From Candidatus Cloacimonadales bacterium (lineage in GTDB: Bacteria; Cloacimonadota; Cloacimonadia; Cloacimonadales; JAFGVF01): a DNA stretch of 64,000 nt. The stretch spans positions 640,001 through 704,000 of the forward strand of contig OY759729.1 in NCBI GenBank assembly GCA_963662585.1, given 5' to 3'. Within the stretch, counting starts at the first letter, position 1. Each line of letters begins with the position of its first letter. The notes under the pieces were generated by a model. It did no database searches and had not been told where the DNA came from. It saw only the letters and a program-made list of their open reading frames with translations. Of the stretch, positions 43,346 to 51,745 are shown one piece after another. Both the position numbers and the translations under genes were made by a program.

Positions 43346-43596
43346 TGTTGGCTCCCTTCTATTGCATCATAAGTACAAGAACCAACACAGATATTGCAGT
43401 TTATACATTTTTCATTATCAATTACTGCCTTGCCATTGATAACTTCAATAGCTTGAACCGGACAAGCATCTACACAATCTCCACAACCAACGCAATCATA
43501 CTTAATAACAAAAGGGTTTCCAATTGCATCTGTAGCAAAAAGAAACCCTATAATTATGATTGCTATTACAAATATTAATAATAGCTTTTTATTCAT
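43342..43596 (-). CDS. Signal-peptide-bearing 2x[4Fe-4S] ferredoxin
   Basis: MNKKLLL...FLFA; CVGCGDCVDACP and CINCNICVGSC. Confidence 0.9.
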   Translation of the reverse strand: MNKKLLLIFVIAIIIIGFLFATDAIGNPFVIKYDCVGCGDCVDACPVQAIEVINGKAVIDNEKCINCNICVGSCTYDAIEGSQQ

Positions 43597-43603
43597 GATT
43601 TTC

Positions 43604-44140
43604 CTATTTTATAACTGTTAAAAGTTTTGAAATTTCTTTATCATTTGTTGAGTATTTATATAAATAGTTTCCTGAAGGAACTTTATTACCTGAATTATCT
43701 GTCAAATCCCAACCAACTGCATTAGTTTTTTCATTGAATTCAAGTGTTTTGATTTTCTGACCTTTAATGTTATAAATAGTCAAATTACCGATATTACTTC
43801 TCTCTTCTGATGTTAATTTGAATACTGCTTTGCTTGCTGTAGGGTTTGGAAATACATTAACATCAAGACTTACTGGAGCAACATCATCTAATTCATTACT
43901 AACAGGAACTTGAGATATTGCATTACGAACACATCTGTCTGCACAATCACCACAGTCTTCACATAAATTAGCATCAATCTGATACTTATGTAAAGTTACA
44001 TCATAATATATTGCATCTACATCACAAGAACTAACACATCTAGCACAATTATTACATCTAACTGCGTTTATTTGATATACTGCAAAAAGAGTTAAAATAA
44101 TACTAAACAATATGACTACTGTTAAAATACTTTTTTTCAT
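43604..44140 (-). CDS. Secreted 2x[4Fe-4S] ferredoxin fused to a T9SS-type/FlgD-Ig C-terminal sorting domain
   Basis: Signal peptide ending TLFA; CNNCARCVSSC and CEDCGDCADRC; then 'FPNP...IYNIKGQKIKTL...WD.TD..G..VPSG.YLY...KLLTVIK'. Confidence 0.88.
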   Translation of the reverse strand: MKKSILTVVILFSIILTLFAVYQINAVRCNNCARCVSSCDVDAIYYDVTLHKYQIDANLCEDCGDCADRCVRNAISQVPVSNELDDVAPVSLDVNVFPNPTASKAVFKLTSEERSNIGNLTIYNIKGQKIKTLEFNEKTNAVGWDLTDNSGNKVPSGNYLYKYSTNDKEISKLLTVIK

Positions 44141-44148
44141 ACTTTCTC

Positions 44149-44682
44149 CTACTTTTGCTCTATTGCCTTAACAGGACAACCTTTAAAACGACCACTACCA
44201 TTTACGCAAATTCCGCAATCAATACATTTCTCTTGATCAATTACAGCCTTACCTTTCACCATTGATATAGCACCTTCAGGGCACTGATTGACACATAATC
44301 TACAACCGATACATTTTTTACTATCGACTACATGCTTACCACTACTTCTAACTTCGTCTAAAATCATGAACTTATCAACAACAAAACCACTTTTGCTGTT
44401 TGTTCCTGAGAAAATATATTTCTTACCAACTTCTATTTTTTCTATCTCTTTTTCCATATTTTCAGGAATAACTAAATTAAATACCACAAGAGTTGAATCT
44501 TGTACTAATTGAAGCTGATTCTCAAGAACCTGAACTATACCGCAAATATTCTCAGTTAAAAGCTCATTTTCTGCTTTAGGAAAATGTTTTCCACAATGTT
44601 TTTTGTGTTCCTCAGAAATTAACACTGTTAAAGTAATTAATAGCATTAATATAATCAAGACAGCCTTTTTAATATTATTCAT
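44149..44682 (-). CDS. Exported protein with an unknown N-terminal domain and a C-terminal 2x[4Fe-4S] ferredoxin
   Basis: Hydrophobic N-terminus; CIGCRLCVNQCP and CIDCGIC-x9-CP. Confidence 0.88.
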   Translation of the reverse strand: MNNIKKAVLIILMLLITLTVLISEEHKKHCGKHFPKAENELLTENICGIVQVLENQLQLVQDSTLVVFNLVIPENMEKEIEKIEVGKKYIFSGTNSKSGFVVDKFMILDEVRSSGKHVVDSKKCIGCRLCVNQCPEGAISMVKGKAVIDQEKCIDCGICVNGSGRFKGCPVKAIEQK

Positions 44683-44872
44683 TCAATTCTCCATTCTTTT
44701 TTTACTTCCAACTTGCTGGGAAATAATATTTTGTCAATAGAAAATAAGTTAGCTTAAACGAACCATCCCTATTAGATGAATATTGCAACCACTCTTCTTC
44801 TAACTTATTATATTGTTAGATATAAATTAATCATATATCCTATTATTCTACTATGCTTTAGTGAAAAAAAAA

Positions 44873-47325
44873 CTATTTTATGCTTTTCTTTCTTAGTCTA
44901 TTTGAATTAGTAACTACAGTAATTGAACTTGTTGCCATAGCAATTTCAGCTATTACTGGGTGAAGCATTCCAGTAAATGCTAATGGGATAGCAACTAAAT
45001 TATAGGCAAAGGCCCAGAAAAGATTTTGTTTTATCTTTTTAAAAGTTTCTTGAGAGAGTTTAACAGCCTGAACCACACTCATTAAACTACCTTTAACAAG
45101 AGTAATATCTGCTGATTCAATAGCTATATCTGTACCTGTACCCAAAGCAATACCAACATTTGCTTGCTTTAAAGCTGGAGCATCATTTATTCCATCTCCC
45201 ACCATAGCGACTAACCCATACTCACTCTGCATCTTTTTTATCTGCTCCACTTTTTGGCTTGGTAGAACTTCAGCAACAACAAAATCAATATTTACTTTGT
45301 TAGCTATTGCTTGAGCTGTTTTCTGATTATCGCCACTAATCATCGCAGTTTTAAATCCTAACTTATGCAATCTACTAATAGCTTCCTGGGAATCCTCTTT
45401 TATTGCATCTGCAACTGCAACTAATCCTATAAACTCTCCTGCTTGTGCCAAGAGAATAACAGTTTTAGCTTCACTCTCCAAACCATCTATCTTATGCTCA
45501 TAAGCAGAATAATCTATAGCATTATCTTTCATAAGTTTCTTATTACCCAGTAGAATCTTCTGAGAATCTATGCTTCCACTCAGTCCTTTCCCAGCAAAGG
45601 AGAAGAAATCTGTAACTTCTCTTACCTTCAACTTTTCTTGTTCAAGATAATCTAAAATAGCGATTCCTAATGGATGATCTGATTTAGTTTCTAAAGATCC
45701 TGCCAGAGTAATCAGTTTTTGATTATCTCTATCAACTGCTATTATGTCTGTAACTTCTGGTTTTCCCTTAGTAATTGTTCCTGTTTTATCAAAAACAATT
45801 ACCTTTACATCTTTCATTGTTTGAATTGCAGCCCCATTTCTGATTAAAATACCATTCTCCGCCCCCATTCCACTTCCTACCATTAGAGCAGTAGGTGTAG
45901 CTAAACCAAGAGCACAAGGACAGGCTATTACTAATACAGCCACTGTGGCGAAGATAGCTTGAGTTAAAGTATTTGCTTCTGGATTGACCCAGGCAAGATA
46001 ATTTGCTGCCCAAAGAGTGATTGAGTGTAATGTTTCGGGAAATATTAACCAACTTGAAAAAGCTATGATAGCCAAAAGTATCACTATAGGAACAAAGAAA
46101 GCAGTTACCTTATCAGCAAATTCTTGGATTGGGACTTTAGAACCTTGAGCTTCTTCCACCATTCTAATAATCTGCGATAAAAAGGTCTCCTTCCCTATCT
46201 TCTCTACTTTAACTTTGATAAAGCCATTCTGATTTATTGTTGCGCCCAGTACTTTATCTTTGGGCTGCTTTTTTACTGGTAAAGACTCTCCTGTCGCCAT
46301 TGATTCATCGATAGTGGTTGCTCCAGAAACAATCTCACCATCTGTAGGTATTTTTGCTCCAGGTTTTACTAGCATTATATCACCCAGCTTTAAAGCTTCA
46401 ACAGGGACACTCTTCTCTTCCCCATTCTCTTCTATCAGAGCAGTCTTAGCCCCTAATTCTAAAAGTTTCTTTATTGCATGAGAAGCTCTTCCTTTAGCTT
46501 TGACTTCAATGTATCTTCCAGTAAGATGAAAGGCCATAATCATAGCTGAAACACCAGCAAAACTGGCAATTTCCATGAAAAAATGAAGAATACCTGTCAG
46601 AAAAGCTGCACCTGTTCCTAAAGTGATTAAGACATCCATATTGGCAGAGCCATGAATAATTGATTTAAAAGCAGACTTAAATGTCTTTGACCCAACAGTG
46701 AAGAGTCCTATTGAAGCAAGTACTAATATTCCTATATTATGGACTAGATGATTGGGCCACATTACATTAAAGAGCATCATAGGAAGCATCCAAAGCATAA
46801 TAGGAATAGTAACTGCCCAAATCACAATCATTCTTTTCTTAGCATCATAAAGATGTTGCTCTTCATTATCTACAGCTACTTCTTCCTGAACTCCATAACC
46901 TGCATTAATCACAACATCCCTTAAAGAATCGTAATTGGTAGAGCTAGAATCAATCTCAATTGTCGCCACTTCAGAAGCTAGATTAACATTGACACCTTTT
47001 ACTCCAGGAGCTTTCTTTAATGCTCTTTCTACAGCTGAAGAGCAACTCGCACAGGACATTCACTTATATTTAATTTTATGGTATTTACATTTGTCAGGGT
47101 AGATTCAGGATTTATTGACTCAAGAACTTCATAGCCAGTATTTGTTACAACTTGCTCAATTTCAGCAACAGATATTTGATCAGGATCATGAGTAACAAAA
47201 GCCTTTCCTGCAGGATAATTTACATTTACTTCAAAAACACCCTCTGTCTTCTTTAAAGCTCTTTCAATAGAGGCAGAACAACTACTACAGGACATCCCAT
47301 CTATATTGATAATTAACTTATTCAT
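44873..47325 (-). CDS. copA: Cu(I)-type P1B ATPase split into ORFs 47029-47325 and 44873-47059 by an apparent 1-nt deletion
   Basis: Two HMA motifs (MSCxxC), TGES, CPC, DKTGT, HP, GDGIND, YN and M..SS. Restoring one G at ~47061 gives in-frame KLNISGMSCASC. Confidence 0.9.
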
Positions 47326-47395
47326 TAATTCTCCCCTTATTTAGGTTAAATATTTTTTATATATAAGTTAACTGCCTATAACAAAATAACCAATC

Positions 47396-48868
47396 TTATT
47401 TTTGTATTATCAGCTTCTTATGAACAGATTCCCCTGCTGTCTTGATCTTGAGGATATAGAAACCACTACTCAAGTTTGTGTTGGATAAAGAGAAGTCTTT
47501 TGCAGAACTAATCTGTTTGTTAACTAATTGACCCTTTAGATTATAGAGAGAAATACTCTTTATGGTATTATCTGCTTTAATAGTAATCTTTTCATTTAGA
47601 GAATTAATCACATTTGGATAAATGCTTATCTTTTCAAGAGCTATTGCATTACTTTCATTAGAAAGAGCATCTAGCCACTCTTTAGTAGCAGAAAAGATAG
47701 CTTCTTCATAATCATAAAAAACATCTCCATAACTGAAATTAGCACCATTAGTTAAGAAGATTATGACAATATCTCGCCCGATATTATAGTAAGCGTCACT
47801 AATTAAGCCATAAGCTTCACCTGCATGACCATAAAAGAGTTCGTTATCGAACAAGTCATAGCTTCGTTGAAGCTGTAATCCCATCTCAGTAAAGAAACCA
47901 CCTAATCCTGAACCGCTCCAATTAAGCTCTTCCATCTCCGAAATAGTAGTTTGGGATAGTATTTCTACTTCATCATAACTTCCTCTATTTTTAAGCATCA
48001 AGAATATCTTGGCTAAGTCTGATGTGCTAATTCTTAAGCCACCTTGAGGAGCATAAATTAATCCATTCCAACCAAGAGGAATTTCTTCTAAATCTACTTC
48101 ACTGGGATATAGGCCTTGATAATTATCTGCTTGTGGACTAGGAATACCTCCCACAAAACGATAAAGTACTGCTAAGTCATCTATATCACTTAAAGCAGAG
48201 AAATTATTCCAACAAGCTTCTATTTCTAATGGAGCAAAAATATTTTCTTCACAAAAAGTTGAAAAATGTTCTTCAGCCATAATTTCAACAATAGTTGCTA
48301 CAATCCCAGCCGAGAGATTCGAATAATCCCAACCTGCTTGATTCCCTGGTGCATAATAAGTGGTCCAAATTGAAGAATTATAATAATCGCCTGAAACAAG
48401 AAGTAGTTCTGAGATAGCAGGGGGACTTTGTGCGTAAGAAGCAGTTAAGAAATTACTATAAGCATTGCTATCTCTCAAGCCTGAAGTATGCGTTAAGAGA
48501 TGTCTAAGAGTTATAATATTATTAGGATAATTAGGATTACGAAGATCATAACCAAGATAATTTGAGACATCACTATCTAACTCTAAAAGCCCTTCTTCAA
48601 CTAATTTCATTGCAGCAATAGCAGTGATTACTTTAGAAATTGATGCTATTCTAAACTTAGTATCACTATCAATTCTCAGCTCTCTATCATAATCTTTCCA
48701 ACCGTAGTTAAAATTATATAATTGTTGATTATATACTAGACAATAAGAAGCCCCAACTGCATCATATTGCCCTGAAATCTGATTAAATCTGTTCGATAAT
48801 TGTAAGATATCCTGACTGGCAATTTTAACAACAATAATAAACAATAATATTAGTAATCTATACTTCAT
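47396..48868 (-). CDS. Secreted serine hydrolase (beta-lactamase/AmpC-like fold) with C-terminal sorting domain
   Basis: F.IASISK (SxxK), LLTHTSG, YSN and GHAG; C-terminal 'LYNLKGQLV...LSSGFYILKI...KKLII'. Confidence 0.9.
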   Translation of the reverse strand: MKYRLLILLFIIVVKIASQDILQLSNRFNQISGQYDAVGASYCLVYNQQLYNFNYGWKDYDRELRIDSDTKFRIASISKVITAIAAMKLVEEGLLELDSDVSNYLGYDLRNPNYPNNIITLRHLLTHTSGLRDSNAYSNFLTASYAQSPPAISELLLVSGDYYNSSIWTTYYAPGNQAGWDYSNLSAGIVATIVEIMAEEHFSTFCEENIFAPLEIEACWNNFSALSDIDDLAVLYRFVGGIPSPQADNYQGLYPSEVDLEEIPLGWNGLIYAPQGGLRISTSDLAKIFLMLKNRGSYDEVEILSQTTISEMEELNWSGSGLGGFFTEMGLQLQRSYDLFDNELFYGHAGEAYGLISDAYYNIGRDIVIIFLTNGANFSYGDVFYDYEEAIFSATKEWLDALSNESNAIALEKISIYPNVINSLNEKITIKADNTIKSISLYNLKGQLVNKQISSAKDFSLSNTNLSSGFYILKIKTAGESVHKKLIIQK

Positions 48869-48978
48869 TTTCCTCTCACTTTAAGTAATAATCTATTCCC
48901 CAATTAATATATTTATATTCTATGATTATCAAAATACTGATTCGTAAGTTTTAGTCAATAAAATTGTTGAAACTTCCC

Positions 48979-49007
48979 TTGACAATATCACCGATAATCT
49001 ATATATT
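48979..49007 (+). promoter_or_regulatory. Putative sigma70-type promoter of the 49034-54055 operon
   Basis: TTGACA, 17 nt spacer, TATATT; GGGAG RBS follows. Confidence 0.55.
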
Positions 49008-49033
49008 AAATTTCTTAGGGAGAAAATGCAATA

Positions 49034-50092
49034 ATGAAAAAATATCTTTTTATATTAGGATTAATTTACTATGCCAATACTTGTCTTTTATCGGCTCAAC
49101 AAATTATAGATGTTGAAATGGGACTAAGTTCTTATGTAGGAGGATATTATTATAAAAATAATGCCAAAAAAGATTTCGAATATAAATCTAACCATAATTG
49201 GTATCTTAACCTAAACAAACAGATTAATGACAATATCTCTACTTCTGCTGAGATTAGGTATTATCCTGAGTTCTTTGATAAAAAACTCTATCTCTACTCA
49301 GCTAGAGTTGCTTATCTTAACGATAATAAGCTCGAGTTTGCTTGGGAATATGATAGAATTGGCCTAGGGAAAACAAATCAGATTTTTAAAAATGTATTAA
49401 ATGATATTAGAAATGACCAAAATTTCATCACAGACTACAGATTCAACGGAGCAAGCCTTAAACACAGGATTATTGAGAATTTCTTTATAAAATACCGAGC
49501 TGGAGGTAATGATTTTAATACAGGATTAGGCTCAATAGAATTTTCTCTAGAACAAACTAACTTTAAGTTTCAGCAAAGTTTCCTAATGGTCTCTAGGGAT
49601 AATAGATTCAATGCTAAAGCTCTTAATATAAACAATCTATTAAGCTGGGAATCTACTAACCTCTATATTCGAAATATGTTTCATAATTCCTATATTGATT
49701 ATTATCGAGCAGATTCTCAAGAAAAAAGCACTGTAATCAAAGATATGATTGAAACAAAATTTTCTTTAACTAAGTTTCTTCAGCCTCAACTCAGCTTCTA
49801 CTACGAAGCCGAGAATTGGGATAAATTTAGAATTTATGAATCGAATAACATTATCAATATACTTCTTAACAAATATGAGATTTCTCCAGCCTTTAAATTT
49901 GTTAATTATCAAGACTATATCCAAAAAGAATACTCTTTGCTAGTTAATTATCATATTCATACTAAATGGGATGTAGGATTATTTACCAAGTTTATTGCTA
50001 CTAAAAAGGATCAGGATATAATTAGCTATGGCCTACAAACAAAATTTAATCTTCCTCTTAATTCTACTTACTTCAGTTCTTTTATTGACTAG
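49034..50092 (+). CDS. Exported hypothetical protein, possible outer-membrane beta-barrel
   Basis: Signal peptide; aromatic/Asn-rich alternating strands; 'YGLQTKF' near the C-terminus. Confidence 0.55.
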   Translation: MKKYLFILGLIYYANTCLLSAQQIIDVEMGLSSYVGGYYYKNNAKKDFEYKSNHNWYLNLNKQINDNISTSAEIRYYPEFFDKKLYLYSARVAYLNDNKLEFAWEYDRIGLGKTNQIFKNVLNDIRNDQNFITDYRFNGASLKHRIIENFFIKYRAGGNDFNTGLGSIEFSLEQTNFKFQQSFLMVSRDNRFNAKALNINNLLSWESTNLYIRNMFHNSYIDYYRADSQEKSTVIKDMIETKFSLTKFLQPQLSFYYEAENWDKFRIYESNNIINILLNKYEISPAFKFVNYQDYIQKEYSLLVNYHIHTKWDVGLFTKFIATKKDQDIISYGLQTKFNLPLNSTYFSSFID

Positions 50093-50777
50093 TTGTGATG
50101 ATATTAGTCAAGAGCGAAACAAACCTATTATCTGTTTCACTTTTGATGATGGTCACTTAAGCGCTTATAATAATGGCCTTCCCTTATTCCAGAGATTTGA
50201 TTATGAAGCAACTACCTTCCTTAATAGCGGATTTATAGGTAAAGAAGGAAGAGTATCTTGGGAGCAAGTTCTAGACCAATACGCTAATGGCTGGGAAGTT
50301 GGTGGTCATACAATAAATCATTTTGAGTTGGCAGAATTAGATGATGATGAGGCTTATTTCCAAATTGCTCAAGATTATAATAACTTCTTCGAACATGGCA
50401 TTAATTTAGTTAGTTTTGCTTTACCTGCTGGACACGCTAGCGAAAGAGATTATGAAATTATAAAAGCTCTATATAAAAATATCAGAAATAGTATTGACAA
50501 AGAGATGCATAGTCCATTAAATAGATTTGACCTTGGATATTTTGTCTATTTAACAGAATATGATTCAGAAATGGTTAAAGAAAGAATCATTAGAGGTAGT
50601 ATTAATGGTGAAGTATTAATAGTGATAGGTTTTCATAGAATTAGCCAAGACCAAACTTATGCTGTTGATAACTGCACTCCCCGAGAACTTGAAGAGATTT
50701 TAAGTTGGGTATCTGAACAAGATTATCAAGTAATGAGATTTGATAAAGCTATAGAGAAGCTTTTAAAGGATAATTAA
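50028..50777 (+). CDS. Polysaccharide deacetylase (CE4/NodB) lipoprotein
   Basis: Lipobox LTSC; TFDDG; 'GWEVGGHTINH'; 'FALPAG'. Confidence 0.88.
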   Translation: MAYKQNLIFLLILLTSVLLLTSCDDISQERNKPIICFTFDDGHLSAYNNGLPLFQRFDYEATTFLNSGFIGKEGRVSWEQVLDQYANGWEVGGHTINHFELAELDDDEAYFQIAQDYNNFFEHGINLVSFALPAGHASERDYEIIKALYKNIRNSIDKEMHSPLNRFDLGYFVYLTEYDSEMVKERIIRGSINGEVLIVIGFHRISQDQTYAVDNCTPRELEEILSWVSEQDYQVMRFDKAIEKLLKDN

Positions 50778-50786
50778 GGAGAAAAT

Positions 50787-51737
50787 ATGAAAATTGGTAA
50801 ATTATTAGTTATTTTTATGATTTTATTTACATTAACTGTTTGTCAAAAGCAGAATAACAAAGAAACTACTACAGAGACAACAGATGCAAAAACTGAGACT
50901 TATCAAATTGCCTTAGTTATGAAAACTCTCACTAACCCCTTCTTTATAACTATGGAAAGAGGAGCTAGAGAAGCAGAAAAAGAACTAGGAATAAAGCTAA
51001 TAGTTAAAACAGGTTCTCAGGAAACTGCTATTGCTCAGCAAATTGATATAATAAGAAAATTGATCAAAGACAAAGTTGATGCTATAGTTATCGCACCAGC
51101 TAGTTCTATTGAATTAGTGCCAATATTAGCCAAGGCCCAAGAACAAGGAATAGTAATTGTTAATATTGATAATGAACTAGATAAAGATACTTCTGCCAAA
51201 TTCAATCTAAAAAATGTACCTTTCATTAGTGTAGATAATCAAGAGGGAGCCTACCTTTCAGCTAAATACATTTGTGAGAATGTCACTAAAAAAAGTAAAG
51301 CTGTTATTCTTGAGGGAATCCGCAGTGCTCAGAATGGCATTGACCGTAAAAAAGGTGCTATGAAAGCATTTAATGAAAATAAAAATATCGAAGTTGTAGC
51401 TAGTGAAACAGCAAATTGGAAGATTGATGAAGCTTATGAAGTCTTTCAAAACATTTGGAATGAACACAAGGATATTGATTTAGTCTTCTGTTCAAATGAC
51501 ATGATGGCTCTGGGAGTAGTTCAATTCTTACAAGAGAATAACATCCAAAATGTCAAAATTGCTGCTTTTGATAATATTGAAGAAATAAAACCCCACCTTC
51601 AATCTGGCGCAGTCTCTGTCACTATAGATCAACAGGCAGATGTGCAGGGTTATAAAGGAATAGAAACTGCTTATAAATTGCTTAATAAAGAGCCAATTGA
51701 ATCTGTTACTGTGAGCGTTATACTAGTAAAAGAATAA
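50787..51737 (+). CDS. Periplasmic sugar-binding protein (RbsB-like), lipoprotein
   Basis: 'KTLTNPFF', 'VDAIVIAP', 'VDN..G', 'ANW', 'NDMMALG' and 'TIDQ'. Confidence 0.92.
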   Translation: MKIGKLLVIFMILFTLTVCQKQNNKETTTETTDAKTETYQIALVMKTLTNPFFITMERGAREAEKELGIKLIVKTGSQETAIAQQIDIIRKLIKDKVDAIVIAPASSIELVPILAKAQEQGIVIVNIDNELDKDTSAKFNLKNVPFISVDNQEGAYLSAKYICENVTKKSKAVILEGIRSAQNGIDRKKGAMKAFNENKNIEVVASETANWKIDEAYEVFQNIWNEHKDIDLVFCSNDMMALGVVQFLQENNIQNVKIAAFDNIEEIKPHLQSGAVSVTIDQQADVQGYKGIETAYKLLNKEPIESVTVSVILVKE

Positions 51738-51745
51738 TATTTATC

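Noticed and set aside
47029..47070. Programmed frameshift or selenocysteine read-through in copA
   Set aside because: No slippery sequence. The TGA arises from the missing G of a conserved Gly codon, not at a Cys position.
47396..48868. Antibiotic-resistance beta-lactamase
   Set aside because: The motifs show only membership of the broad serine hydrolase/S12 family; the CTD fusion and non-mobile context do not support a resistance call.
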